A stretch of 64,000 bases of DNA from Amphiscolops sp. MND2022. Taxonomy: Eukaryota. Of this stretch, positions 1 through 13,100 are shown in pieces (within the stretch, counting starts at the first letter, position 1; each line of letters opens with the position of its first letter). Location of the stretch: contig OZ076409.1 of the NCBI GenBank assembly GCA_964187785.1, positions 58,034,001-58,098,000 on the forward strand. The letters are read 5' to 3'. The position numbers were made by a program, and so were the translations under genes. Under the pieces are notes generated by a model. That model was not told the origin of the DNA, ran no database searches, and saw only the letters and a list, made by a program, of their open reading frames with translations.

Positions 1-1508
1 AAGATCTCAAGTTTGACCTGCCCAAATCAGCTGAAATTATTGACCATGTAGAGTTAAGGATAAACTACTACACTAAATGTGTTGCAACAATCTTGCCAGT
101 GTTGGGAATCAGCAAACCGCCTCGAAATTTTACTGAATTGTTCGGAACATAGACGTACCTGAACTTTGTTGAAAAACATCTTTGCACTATGCCAAAGTGA
201 AATAGTGAAATTTATAGTCGAAACAAAACGTGTTTCACGTGTTAAACGGTTGAATTGAAGAATGTCACTCTTAGAACCAAATCTCTTTCTTAATACTTAG
301 GCCTTGTAGTAGTGGTAAGTTTTACGAGAGAGGAGACTCAGCAAAATCCCAGTGTTCGTGCGCTGCTGGGAGATCTGGAAGAAGACCCTGCAAACAAAAA
401 AGAAATCAGTGTGATGTTTCTGGCCTTGGGCGACGCAGCACGAAAGCAGTTTATGGACAAGTATCCAACCACGGCTCTGTGGGAGTTAAAGGCACAGCAG
501 CTAATAGCCCTATGCAACCATTGCTCCAGTAAAAAATCTGCCATTAGACCGTCATCGATTATTTTCAAGGCTCCAACAACATGGCGAATCGCTATTTCAG
601 TTTTGGCACGCGTTGAACGGACTCCCGGCATTGTGCGACTTCGGGGATATAACAACCAACCTTGTTTTGTACGGACATGTGAGATAAGTCTTGAAGAAAA
701 ACGAAATCTCGAGGTCGAGCAATTATTCAAAGAATTTCCAAAATTGTTCAAAAGAAAAGCCGCGTGAAAAGTTACAAAAATAAAATTAATATTAAGAGTG
801 ATGCAAAAAGGCCGCAAAATACCTATTCAATTACAAGAGCAAGTAGATAAAGGAATTGAAAAACTGTTATAGATAGGGCATTTTGAGAAAATTGATAAAA
901 TTCAAGATGACGTATTTTTTCAGCCGACAGTAAGACCCTTCCAGAAGGATAAGTCTGTGAAAATTGCTACGCTAGGATATTAAACAAATCAATAGCCAAA
1001 GATAAATACCAGATGCCGCAATAGACTATCTAATTAATTGCTGAGAGATTAGATGAGAAAGAAGGCGAGGCCTGGTACTCATCATTAGGCATGACATACG
1101 CTCATGGCGAACTCCTTTACATGATTTAACCAAAAGACATTTTAATATTTTAATTTTCAAAATATTGGGGGAAGTCAACAGGCACGTATCAATTCATAAC
1201 TGGATTTTACGATCTTACTGTAATGCCTACGGAGTTCCAGAAGTTGATGGACCTCCCTTTGGCAAAAACAAATAGTGTATTTGTGTATATAGACGATTTT
1301 TAAATTGCAACAAAAGGAACCAAGTAAGAACATGTAATCAAAATGTACAGTTGAAAGCTGAGAAATGCCAAACAGCGCAAGAGAGCATAGAATGACTGAG
1401 GTATAAATTGACCAGAACGGGCATCTCTCCGACTATTGCTAAAACACAGGGCATAAGCGATAAGTTGCGACCGACCATTTTGAAGCAATTACGCTCATTT
1501 CTAGGAGC

Positions 1509-1735
1509 AGTAGTATGGGAAATCCCGAGACGGGCCACAAAAACCCCAAAAATTGAAAGTCCTCAAAACCATTGATTTTAAGTACTTTTAGAAAACATAT
1601 CATTAAAATCAGTGGTTTTTTTATTCGGGCCACCGCGAAGCCCTGCAAAACCCCAAAAATTAAAAGTCCGCGAAGCTACGCCAAAACCATTGATTTTAAG
1701 CAGTTTACGCCAGTTATCACAAAACAATGGTTTTT
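1509..1735 (+). repeat. Polinton left terminal inverted repeat (~227 bp)
   Basis: Reverse complement of 15692-15917 with a few mismatches and a small indel. Confidence 0.95.
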
Positions 1736-1825
1736 TTACCAATGCAATGTAGAAGCATTGCAATGTCGGCTTCGCAATGTAAAAGCAATGAGTATTCACA
1801 CATAACAATGAAAAATAACTAAAAA

Positions 1826-2239
1826 ATGAACTATTTATCATTCAAAGAATTTGTTGAAAAATACGGACTAAAAAACGAAGCAACTTCTAATGTGAAAATA
1901 AAAGAAATTCTTGATAGGCTTGGTGCCTCCAACGAATTAAATATTCCGTGTGGAATATACATGAGAGATGATAAGTTTAACACTACCAGTGGTATAGTTA
2001 ATTTACACCCCTCAGTGGGAACACACTGGGTTATGTTTACAAATCAAAATTATTTTGATTCATATGGATGCCCACCCCCAACTAATATACTTAATCATAT
2101 TAATAAAGGTATTTATTCAGAATATCAAATTCAGACCAACGACAGTTATTGCGCGGCATATTGTTTATACACACTGTATCTCACAAAAAAAATTGGGTTT
2201 AAAAATGCAGTACTAAATTTATACTACCAAAATTTATGA
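1826..2239 (+). CDS. Adenain-like (Ulp1 clan) cysteine maturation protease of the Polinton
   Basis: GTHWV...YFDSYG...QIQ...SYCAAYC gives the His/Asp/Gln/Cys catalytic pattern. Confidence 0.9.
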   Translation: MNYLSFKEFVEKYGLKNEATSNVKIKEILDRLGASNELNIPCGIYMRDDKFNTTSGIVNLHPSVGTHWVMFTNQNYFDSYGCPPPTNILNHINKGIYSEYQIQTNDSYCAAYCLYTLYLTKKIGFKNAVLNLYYQNL

Positions 2240-2246
2240 ATAATAA

Positions 2247-2435
2247 ATGAAGAAAATTAATAATTATTCAACTCAATATAAAATTATCTCACAAAATTTC
2301 ACAGAACAGCTTCACAATCAAAATCAAAATCATGGAAAAAATACAACAAATTTGCATAAGAAAACATTATCAAAAGATATGCAAGAATTTATAAATAACA
2401 TTTCCGCTAGTGGATTCAAACAATTTCAAGCATGA
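2247..2435 (+). CDS. Small Polinton hypothetical protein (62 aa)
   Basis: ORF with the same ATAAATG start context as its neighbours, tightly packed between the protease and the next gene. Confidence 0.5.
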   Translation: MKKINNYSTQYKIISQNFTEQLHNQNQNHGKNTTNLHKKTLSKDMQEFINNISASGFKQFQA

Positions 2436-2449
2436 TTTTTTTCTTATAA

Positions 2450-3463
2450 ATGGATCTATCAAGCTTTGTAACTTATGATAAAAAAGAATCTCTTCTTTTA
2501 AGTATTGCAAAATCTAATCAAGAAATTGTTGAAAATACTCATTCTAAACCACAAGAAACTCTAGAATTTAAAATGACTAAACAAAAAGAATCTTTCTCAT
2601 TCGACGTTTCATTACTACTACCTGAAAAATGGATGATGGGTGTAACAAGCTTAGAAGTATACAACACTGTATATAATATTACTGAAAAGAATAACAAACT
2701 TGGAATTCTTCTAACAAAACAACAACTCGAAGAGCATAGAGTTGACACTGAAATAGTGCCAAAAACAAAGGATTTGTATGAAACATCTGATGATAAAATT
2801 ATAGAAAAAACTAATACACTTATAACTAATAGTTATACTAAAAAGTAGAAAAAATTTACTAGAAAAAACTTTAACCAACTCAAGGAATTAATTGAAGTTT
2901 TTAACTATCCTGATCAACAAATACATTTTCCTGACTTTGAAATTGAACATGATTCCTTTGGAATACAACTAACACCGGGAGCATATGAATTAGTTGATAT
3001 CAATGCTTCCGTAAAACAAATAATTAATGAAAGTGATTATGATTTTAAATTCAACATAATACCCGACACAATATCAATGAGATCAGTTTTAACAACCTCA
3101 AATCCTATTCATTTTAACTCCGAACTTAACAAAGTCCTGGGATTTACACAACGTGATTACCCACCCGGAACTCACACTTCAGAAAAACCAGTTATGATAA
3201 CAACCACCGACAAAGTTCACCTGAAGTGTGATTGTGTAGATGGTTCAATTGTTAATGGTATACGAGAACAAATTTTATTTTCTTTCAGTTTAAGCGCACC
3301 TCCAAGATATAAAATTATAAAAGAACCCACAACTGTTTTGTACAAGTTGATAAACAAAACACGACTGGACACCATTCAATTTTTCCTTGAGGACTCTAAT
3401 CATGATTCAGTTGATTTCAACGTGGAGACACTCACCTTCACAATTCAAATTATCAAAATATGA
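2450..3463 (+). pseudogene. Polinton minor capsid (penton-like) protein with one in-frame premature stop
   Basis: ORFs 2450-2848 and 3077-3463 share a frame across TAG 2846-2848. Motifs YNTVYNI, LTPGAYEL, KVHLKCDCVDGSIVNG and the C-terminal VDFNVETLTFTIQI resemble Polinton single jelly-roll proteins. Confidence 0.75.
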
Positions 3464-3516
3464 TAGGATTTAATACTAATGCGAAGCTGGGAAAAAATGA
3501 AATTTTTTTCTAATAA

Positions 3517-4014
3517 ATGAGTTATAATAAATTTATAAATAATTCATATTGTGTTGGTGGAAAACATTATTCTCCCACCACAGATATTTATGGAGATATT
3601 ACAAACACTGGGATATCCATGGGTAGGCCCGTAAAAATATTACGTGGCAACTGTATGACATGTAACAGAAATAAGAGTCTAATTGTATCTGACCGAACAA
3701 TAAATGCGGATGGACTGGACGACTTCTTCAAACATTTGGGTTCTGCAGCCAAAAACGTTGGAAAAAAAATACTCAATAACCCAGGCCGTGCACTAGAAAT
3801 AACAGCAAATATTGGAACTGCAGCAGCAAGTAAAAATCCACAATTAATTGCTGCAACTGCCCCCGACGTTATTAAATTTGTTCATCAAGGGAAGGGTCTA
3901 TACAAAGCTGAAGGTTTGTCGAGTAAAGGCAGCAAAGCAGGTAACGCAAGCGGCAACACAAACAGAAAAGCAAGAACTGTTAGTAAAGGCCTGTATCTGG
4001 GGAAAATCCACTAA
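3517..4014 (+). CDS. Polinton basic protein with N-terminal Cys/His zinc-ribbon-like motif (possible core protein)
   Basis: Intact ORF with YCVGGKH...GNCMTC, followed by a Gly/Ala/Lys-rich amphipathic segment. Confidence 0.55.
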   Translation: MSYNKFINNSYCVGGKHYSPTTDIYGDITNTGISMGRPVKILRGNCMTCNRNKSLIVSDRTINADGLDDFFKHLGSAAKNVGKKILNNPGRALEITANIGTAAASKNPQLIAATAPDVIKFVHQGKGLYKAEGLSSKGSKAGNASGNTNRKARTVSKGLYLGKIH

Positions 4015-4027
4015 TTATACTTAATAA

Positions 4028-5153
4028 ATGTATTCAATTCACACCCGAGATGACTTGGAAAAATTAAAAAAATTACAAGAAACAAAATCTTTACTACGCA
4101 AAGAAAGATTAAAAGAGAAACTAGGGAAGCAAGACTTTCATTACGACCTTGAAGAAGTTTTTGAACCTGTTACTACAAAGCAGGTGGAATCAAATGAAAA
4201 GCAACTACAAGCCATGGACAAACAAACCCAAGGGGTTACACAAGCAATTGAAAATCAGACATGAGCAATAGAACACAATAATAATACTTTTCACATAGCC
4301 ATGCAAAATTCTATTAAAGAAGGAATAAAACAATATAATGAAATTACAAATCATAACAATCAGCTTCTTACAAGTCTTGTTAATTCCAACCAGGTTGATT
4401 CTAGTATTGTAAAAACAGTTTCTATTTTACTTAATGACAAAAACAAAAGTCAATTTAGTTTAGAACCAATTACACAGAGCGTCGCACAAGACAATCCGCG
4501 CAGCTCCGCAAATTTATTCACAATTAATCCCCATAACCCACAACAAGTACTAATCAAAGGTTCAACAATGACTTTTGAGAGTGGGAATTCATATGATCTT
4601 AGTAACCCAGATTTTCAAAAATTTATATCTAATACACAATTTGACAATCCAATAAATAACTGGGACTCAATTTATAACTTCTTAAATGATATGAATTTTG
4701 ATCTAAATTATGGAGATAAAAAATCAATCAGATGTCAATTTTTTAGAAGAATTTTACTCTCGCTATCAATTGCAAAACTTCGCGCAGGGCTACACACAAA
4801 CACATGATTCACAGGGCCATGCACACGAACCTACACAGAGCCCCACACATCCACCGAGCTCTATGGGCAACACACAAGGAAACCAGTTGCAGAGCTACGT
4901 GGGAAGCCAATCAGGAAGCCAATTGGAAAGTGGATTAAATGGTGAAACTTCGCGAAATTCCACGCGAAGCTCCACACAACAGTACATTTTCCTCCCATCT
5001 GACCCAGACGAATTAGTGGATCAATTGAAACTACTTTATTTTGAAAAAGTTGGAGGAATTGATAGTTTTCTGATAAATGAACAACTTATTGCAATTATAG
5101 ATAAACTCCTGGAGTATGAATGCATATCACCTTCTCAACACCAAAATATGTGA
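4028..5153 (+). pseudogene. Conserved Polinton hypothetical protein (premature stop at 4262-4264, frameshift near 4740)
   Basis: Three ORF pieces. The C-terminal LPSDPDELVDQLKLL...NEQLIAIIDKLLE motif resembles a recurrent Polinton protein of unknown function. Confidence 0.6.
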
Positions 5154-5180
5154 AGCAACTTGATCTCCTCACAAAGCCCC

Positions 5181-6272
5181 TCAATTACTTAAAGGATCAG
5201 TTTGTGGATTAAAGATCTTGTAATTTGGATTAGATTCATTACAAATCCTGTACTTACTCCCATTTTTATCTTCCAATCTGTTTATTGATAAATAATTGAA
5301 TTTTTCGTTCCATGCCTCTCTACACAAATTTTTGAATTCCTCAAAGGACATATCAAAACCTGATATGTCCCTATGAATATGTTCTACATCTTTCAGTGTT
5401 TGTTGAAATAAAATTATTATATTCGAATTGTTTCTAACTGTCTTTTTTGGTGCATCAAAATAACTCTGACATAAATAATAAACATCACAAGATTTGTGTC
5501 TTCCCCTAGTAAAAAATGGATCAATCAATTTCTGGTTGGAGTCTAACTTATCATCAAATACTACACAACACCCCCTATACTCTTCCAAATCCCCCACATT
5601 TTCTTCCACTTCTATTCCCTGTTCTATGTGTAGCTCAGGGAATAGCTACACATCCTCATATTGTTCCGGACTCCTTGTAATGATACGAATTTGTTTCTCT
5701 GGATCTTCCAAACGAATCAATCGTAATTTATTCAACAACAAATGAGTCTCACCACAAAATGATGGACCAACTAGTAATGTTCTATTACACTTATTATTAT
5801 CATCATTAGCGTTAGCTTCCGCATTATTATTATTATTATCATCATTATTATTATGTGTGCGAAAGCTATCGCGAAGCTGCGGTAGCTTTCGTGATAGCTG
5901 TCGCGCGGGAAGCAAGTCACCCCCGGTATTAATATTTGTGCGGGAGCTGTCGCGGGAGCTATCACAAAGCTGTGTGGGAAAGCTATCGCGAAGCTGCGCA
6001 GTTGTGTGTTTATCATCTTGATTATAATGCTGATACAAGTGCTGCTTCTTGACGTGTGACCTTAAATAACTCTTATTTAATTCCTTATTACAAAATTCAC
6101 ACCTCACCTTTTTGTTAAAACATTGAATGCATGTACGATACATTTTACCGTTTTTGTAGATGTAGAAATTTGTATTGGATTTTGATGTATTACAGTCTTT
6201 ACATCTTTTTTTATTACTACAAACATCACACAAACTTTTTTCACTACTTTTATTACAAATTGAGCAATTCAT
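5181..6272 (-). pseudogene. A32/FtsK-like packaging ATPase 1 with N-terminal Cys-rich zinc-binding region; disrupted
   Basis: Walker A GPSFCGET (Lys replaced by Glu), Walker B VVFDD, TRGRH, YLCQSYF, VRNNSN. In-frame TAG at 5646-5648 separates two ORFs in the same frame. Confidence 0.85.
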
Positions 6273-6284
6273 TTATTAAAAAAA

Positions 6285-6600
6285 ATCACTAAATTCCTCT
6301 AATAATCACTATGTAATCACTATGTAATCACTATGTAATCACTAAGCCAAATTCACTAAATCACTAAGGTTTCACTAAGTGTCTCTAAGAGTATTTATTT
6401 CTCTAAGATTAAAGAGTATAGTGAAATTTAGTGAAAATAAATGCTCTTAGAGACACTTAGTGATATTTAGAGAAATTTAGAGATCACTAAATTCCTCTAA
6501 GAATCTCTAAATTCCTCTAAACTTCTCTAAGAATCACTATATTTTTTGTTAATTTTTTTGTTAATTTTTTTGTTAATTTCTTGTTAATTTCTTGTTAATT
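6285..6600. repeat. Low-complexity tandem and inverted repeat spacer between the two ATPases
   Basis: TAATCACTATG x3-4 (6304-6343). 29-bp inverted repeat 6372-6400 / 6435-6463 with one mismatch. TTGTTAATTT repeats at 6546-6600. Confidence 0.8.
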
Positions 6601-7803
6601 ACTCAGTTTATTTTTAGTAAAACTTCTTGCATGATCATAAATTAAATTTTTAAAGTCCTCTTCAACTGAGTCACTAATTAGTGGTTTTTGCATACGCTCA
6701 ACGTAGTTGTCTATTTTGGATTCATTTACTTTAATATTATTTTGTTTGCAATAGGCTACATAATAATAAGCTATATTGAGTGGTGTTCTTTCAATTGTCT
6801 GGTCGGACATTTCCTCTAGGAAAATTTTGAGTCTGTTGTATTCATCACCAGTGAAAAAGTAACTTTCATAAGCAACAAGTTGTTCTGGACCCCATTTACT
6901 TCGTTTGCTCGAATCATAAATTAACTTGTACTTGTTGTTTAATACCTTGTATTTCTGACTCCTTGTGTCAAATTCAATTATACCATATTCTAACAGATCG
7001 CGGTAGTATTTCCACACTAACTCTTTGATCGAATAAGTTTGTACAATCGACTCGAAGAAGTTATCTGAGTTATTAACTGTTAGAAATATTTTGTGACAGT
7101 TTTCCTTCACGATTGGAAGAACATCTTTTGCATAGTGAGCGAGATAAATTACTTGAATCCCCATGTGTCTACCAAACCGGAACAAGTCTTCTACTTTCAA
7201 TCTAAGGTTCTTGTATGCACCTGCATCATCCAGTATTACCGTTTTATTAGCAAGTTGTTCAATACTAACTTTCTCCAACTGCAGTAGTGGTACAAAACTT
7301 TGAGAGGGAAACTCACGTTCACCTCGCCCGAATACTAAATAACTATGTGAGGTATCGTGGGAGCTGTCATGGGGACGTTGTGCCAAATAATGCTTTAAAA
7401 AACTTGTCTTCCCAGAGCCACTACTACAATAGATTATGAAATGCGCGTTGCAATGAGAGTTATTGTTGTGTGGAGTTTCGCCTATAGCTTCTTGTTCGTG
7501 ACAGCTTTCACGTTCCTGGTTTGTCAGATGAGAGTATTTGAACCCTGCAAATTGTAGTAGTTTTTTATAAACTGTTTTAAACTGTCTTGGGCGAATATAA
7601 TTCCAATATATTACAACAATAACACCTATAAAGATAATTAAACATACAATAAACATAGGATTTGTGATTACTTTATAAATTCGTGTTTTCTGAAACCAAT
7701 TGACCGCGCCAGCTTTCGTGGCAGCTTTCGCGATAGCTTCCCTACCGGCTCCTTCACCTTGATAATTATTTCTATAGCTCTGCAAGCAATAATCATTATT
7801 CAT
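6595..7803 (-). CDS. A32/FtsK-like packaging ATPase 2 with N-terminal transmembrane segment
   Basis: SSGSGKT Walker A, VILDD Walker B, RFGRH, YLAHY, VKENC. Hydrophobic stretch MFIVCLIIFIGVIVVIYW near the N-terminus. Confidence 0.85.
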   Translation of the reverse strand: MNNDYCLQSYRNNYQGEGAGREAIAKAATKAGAVNWFQKTRIYKVITNPMFIVCLIIFIGVIVVIYWNYIRPRQFKTVYKKLLQFAGFKYSHLTNQERESCHEQEAIGETPHNNNSHCNAHFIIYCSSGSGKTSFLKHYLAQRPHDSSHDTSHSYLVFGRGEREFPSQSFVPLLQLEKVSIEQLANKTVILDDAGAYKNLRLKVEDLFRFGRHMGIQVIYLAHYAKDVLPIVKENCHKIFLTVNNSDNFFESIVQTYSIKELVWKYYRDLLEYGIIEFDTRSQKYKVLNNKYKLIYDSSKRSKWGPEQLVAYESYFFTGDEYNRLKIFLEEMSDQTIERTPLNIAYYYVAYCKQNNIKVNESKIDNYVERMQKPLISDSVEEDFKNLIYDHARSFTKNKLSN

Positions 7804-7826
7804 TTATTTATAAAAAATTGTTATAA

Positions 7827-8743
7827 ATGAATCAAAATAAGAAAGAAATTGTTAAAGAAATATTTTTTCCTGTAATCAAGAAGTTTCAAAGAATTCAAAT
7901 ACAAACTCGATATAAAGATGAATGTTGGAGTATTGATCTGATAGACAGGTCTAGCTTAGCAAAATACAACAAAAACTTCAAGTTTATTTTCACAATAACT
8001 GACAACCATACTAAATATGCATGGGCGATTCCTCTCAAAGATAAAACAGGAAAAAGTACAACTACTGCATTAAAAAGTCTCATTGAAAAAGAGAAGAGAA
8101 AACCACACAAAATATGGAGTGATAGAGGTAAAGAGTTTTACAACACAACATTTTTACACTATTTAAAAGAGCAAAACATTCAAATTTGTTCAACTAATTC
8201 AGATTTGAAGGCTGTTTTTGTTGAACGTTTCAATAGAACACTTCTGGACTTAATCAAAGAACCAATGTACATTGAAGGTAGAGGTAACTGGTTGAATCAC
8301 CTTGGTGCTGCTTTACAAAAGTATAATAATATGGTGCATGGTACGACAAAAATGACACCTTTTGAAATGTCAACGAAAAATACACTAATACGCGCAGCTT
8401 CGCCTAACAATAAGAACAATGCATCAAAGCTGGTTGCAACGCCGTCTTCGCATAAATTGCGCACGATAGCTACCGCAGCTTCGCCCAAATTCCAAGTGGG
8501 AGATTTTGTAAGAGTTCCTGACAAAAGGAACCTTTTTTCAAAACGTTATACAACAAATTGGAATAGAGAACTTTTTAAAATACACAGCATCAACAAAACC
8601 CAGTAACATACACTCTAAATGATGAAAACGGAGAAATTATTCAAGGAAAATACTATGAACAAGAACTTTTAAGAAGCATATTCAACTTTGACTCTAACAA
8701 CAAAACGTTAGAAAGCATGAATATATTCCACAAATTTGAGTAA
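7827..8743 (+). pseudogene. Polinton retroviral-type (rve) DDE integrase, frameshift near 8600
   Basis: WSIDLID, IWSDRGKEF, VERFNRTL. The shifted frame continues PVTYTLNDENGEIIQGKYYEQEL to TAA 8741-8743. Confidence 0.92.
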
Positions 8744-8801
8744 TTTTCTACGTAGTTTTGCAGAGCTTTCGCGGAGCTTTCGCAATAAATTTTGATTATA
8801 A

Positions 8802-10048
8802 ATGAACACAGATATGTTTTCTTTAAAAAATAAATACACTCTTGAAAAACCTATTCATAAAATTGATTTTATTAAATATAGTCCAAGTAGTTTAGCGACA
8901 GTCAATAACGCAAACTCGAAAATAAGTGTCAGTTTGCCAAGAGAAGATGCATACATATGTTTACAAAATAGTTTCATAAGTCTAGAATTTGAAGTACTTA
9001 AAAACAATAATACAAGAATTGTTGATGGTGATGAAATAAACTTGGTTAACTTTGGGCCAATCTCTCTATTTAGTGAAGCCAAATTAACATTTTCTAGTGG
9101 GAAACACCTAGAAAAAGTTGACAATTTGCACTTGATTTCTTTAATGTATAAACTTCTAACAAGCACTAGTCAAACTTCCCAGTTATTGTATGGGTTTGAA
9201 GAAAGTACTACTATCAGAAGACAAGAACTAACAAACAACAAAAATGAGAAAGGAACCTTTTTTGTGAGAATAAAACTAAAAGACTTGTTTGGATTTGCTG
9301 ATCAAGAAAAAATAACTTATGGGTTGGGCTACACTCTTACACTCAAACGGAACGCTAACAATGACGCGATTTTAGGAAGCGTTGGAGTGGATGCTGCAAA
9401 AGTGGATATTAAAGACATGGATTGGTATATTCCACACTATGTTCCTGGTATCGAAAACCAACAACTTGTCATGGACCAAATTCTAAATAAAGATCCAACC
9501 GAATTGAGTTACACGGAACGAATTATTTTTAGAAAAGATGTTAACCCGAATAGTTCGTGGACATTTGAATTAGGCAACGCAGGCGGCAGTAGTGGAATAG
9601 AATCACCAACTTTTGTGATTGTTGGATTTCAAGCTAGAAATAAAATTGATTCTCAGGTTCATGATAATGCAGTGTTTGACCGGTTGCCAATTAGTAATGC
9701 TGTTTGTAAAATAGGATCAGAAAAATATCCCGATGATGGGATAGAATGTGACTACGACGGCGACAAATATGATCAAGCATACAATGAAATTGAAAACTTT
9801 ATCACCTACATTCTGAAACTAGCCTAATCAATCCATTTATTGATTTGAACAAATTCAGAACAAATTATAATTTGTATGTATTTGACCTAAGCAAACAAAA
9901 AGATCACATTGCGAGTCAACCAATCCGTTTAGAATTTAAATTTAATGCTGCTTTAGGTGTAGATGAGTTCATTGCTTATGCATTAGTTCTAACCCCAAAA
10001 CCAATAAGTATTAGTAGTGATGGGCAAAGGCATTTTGATTTGATATGA
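8802..10048 (+). pseudogene. Polinton major capsid protein (double jelly-roll), frameshift near 9800
   Basis: About 410 aa, beta-rich. PTFVIVGFQ...FDRLPISN...IGSEKYP, then LYVFDLSKQ...IRLEFKF...AYALVL, as in Polinton major capsid proteins. Confidence 0.85.
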
Positions 10049-10199
10049 TAGGAATGATGAATTATAATGTGATACCTAACGTAATGTTATAATAATATAC
10101 CAGATGATGATAATAAATGATGATAATAAGTGATGATAATAAATGATGATAATAAATGATGATGTAAATGATAATAAAAGATGATAATAAAAGATATTT

Positions 10200-13100
10200 C
10201 TAATTATAAAAGATGTGTGCGAAGCTACGCGTCACGCCAGTTATCACAATTAAGTGGGCCCGATCACTTATCAGATTTAAAAGGTCTTGATGATTCAATT
10301 TTCCTTTCAGAGTCCAAATGTTATAATATATTTCTTCATCTGGGAGGCTTGTGCCATCCCTTGTGCTCAGTTCGGTGTAATACAAACCAACTAATTTCAA
10401 ACAAAATATACAAGGACAATCACCACTTTGTACGTGTTTATCCCATGATAAACTTTGTATTGGATTTAAGTACACATGCTTGTCATCAAAAGGATTCAAA
10501 GCTAGCTTGTCTTGTTTCTGAACAGTTAGGTTGTGAGCATTTGAACGAATAGAATAATTAGTTGCAGTTGTTGTTTCAGAATTAAATAATGAATTTATAA
10601 ATTGTGAATAAATTGGTGTATGTTGTATTCCTTTTTGTTTTAATTTCTGAACTGTCTTTTGCGTTGCCCCATAGCTAAAAGAATATGATTTAGATCTCAA
10701 AGCTATGACGTTGTCTAATTCAATAATTGGTGGTGTTTCTAATTTCATTTTACCTATAACTTTCTTGTTAATAGAATTGTACAACTCATGATTTTCATCA
10801 AGCTCGCTGAAATCAAAATCATCTTTGAAGTATTCCAAATCATTTATAAGGTCTCCAGTTTTAATACTTAGAATGAATGAGTCTGTATCCATGTAATGCA
10901 GTTTGACTGAGCAGTTGTAGTATGGTTTTAATTTGTGATAATAAAACTCATACATTAACAATTTACTCAGTTCTAAAACATTAAAACCCAAGTAAATTGG
11001 TTTATCAAAGACAGTCTTTTCTTTATCAAATTTGTAAACACTGAATTCGGAGTAATGATTTACAATACCTTTAAAGCTTAACTTCGATTGTCTTTTTATT
11101 ATTTGATCAATATTGGTGTGGGGTATAATCTCTAAGTTTACTCTTTCTCTTACATTTTCCATAGTCTTACCAAAGAAAGCGTTGTTCATTAATTTGTACA
11201 GGTCTTTTTCAAAGTTTGTTTTTGCTTTGGTGCATTTTTGTGTGTTATGATTATTGTATTTTTCTAACCAAAGTGATTGTTTGAATCTGTAAATCATGTG
11301 AATCTTTGTTACTTTCATCCCCAAATTCGTGTAAAACTTGAACATCCTGTAGTGCATCATATAATTATATTTGTTTGTTAGGTCACACATATGTTTTTCG
11401 GTTGGTTTGTAGTTGGGTTGTTTTACACTGTTCATGTATTCTGAGAAACACTCTGGATCTGCTTTTGTTTGATAAGGACAAAGTAGAAGTTTTCGGTTTT
11501 TTCTTCAATTTCTGCTGGATATTCTAAATCACATTCTCTAAAGTATTCAAATTCATTGTCATCTGGCGTATTCAAAATGTCTTCCTTAATTTCATTCATC
11601 AGTGCAGAATCATACTGCATAGCTTCGCGCGAAGCTTCGCCACAACAGAGGTTCTTTTTTTTAAAGTCTCCAGTAGGAAGGTATTGACTCATTGCCCATC
11701 CATAAAGATTATTTGCATCAATGTACAAAAGTTTCGTATTTTCATTTGACTCAATGTAACGAGGTCCCATTACACTTGAAATTCCTCCACGAATATTTTC
11801 AAGTAGTAATAATAACTGTTTGTCTTTTATGAAATCTAATTTAATTTTAGTAAGTTTTAAACCAGCTTTCCATGTATAACCAGGTAAAGAGTAACCGTAC
11901 AAAAGATTGATGCCGTATTCAAGTGTAGACTTCTCAACAAAGTTTTCGAATACATCAGTGAGTTGTAGAACATCCATTTTGAGGTATAATTCTGTTAATT
12001 CTTGTCCGTTCTTTAAATCATATTTTTTATTAGTTTCTTGTGTACGGTTAATTTCTTCAAGACTTGGAGTTGTTTGTTTTAGTGTTGACCAGAAGTCTTC
12101 TGGACTTAGATATAACGGTTCTTGGATATTACTTAGATTAGGTATTCATAAGGATACGCCAATTTCTTTTTAAAGAATTCATCATCAAGACCATTTTCAT
12201 CCAATATTGGGAAAATGTTTGCAACGCTTTGCATACTCTTCATTAGTTTGTCCAAACTACTATTTAGAAAACGGTATGAGTCTAAAAACCTTAAACAACC
12301 TACTTCCACACTTACATAATTTTCCATTGACTTTGGGATTAATTTTGGTTCACACCCCATTTTGTATTTTTGTGTTAAGAGTTCTTCGAATATGAGATGA
12401 CAATCATAACCACTAAAATTGTGGAAAAATATGGGATTAATTGAACTTGCTTTTTTTTTACAATTTAACTTACACCTGTTGTGGGCCGCTCCTCGGTACT
12501 TACCTGTAAGGTGATCGTGGTCTCTAACTTTTTGCAAAGCACCTTCGGTATCACCGTGTAACTCTCGTTCGCAAAGCCAACACACTTTGGATTGTTGAAA
12601 TGATTCTTCTTCGGGGGTTATTTCAAGAGGAATAATATTTTCGAAATAAATATTTGCAATTATTTCTAAAGTCAACATTTCATTTACAAACCATGTTACA
12701 CACGATTCACCAAAGTATGAGCTGTAATTATTACCAAATGGTGAAATTAGATAAAATCCTACTGCAATTGGAATTTGTTTATATTATACTTTGGGGATAT
12801 CTGACTTCAGGGTAATACATTCGAAATCTGCATAAACTGTTATTGGTACGGGAACTTTCATATGATAATCTTCGAACTTTAAGTGATCCTTCCAACTGAA
12901 TGTGATATTAGTTGGTTGTTGTTTTTGACAACGGTCAATGTGTTGATTGAGAATATCCTCAGAACTAAATGCAGTTAGACATCTTCTACACACCCATTTC
13001 ATGTGTGAATCCTTATTTAGTAGGCAATGCAATTTTGTTTTTAAGCAATAATGATTTTCAAATAGCAGCAAGTCAATTTGTGATTGTAAGTAATTTTTGT

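Noticed and set aside
1572..1805. ORF duplicated at 15646-15855
   Set aside because: Both lie in the Polinton TIRs, have non-ATG starts and show no protein motif.
10085..10195. TGATGATAATAAA repeats between capsid and polymerase genes
   Set aside because: Simple low-complexity expansion in a convergent intergenic gap. It may supply poly(A) signals, but nothing further is supportable.
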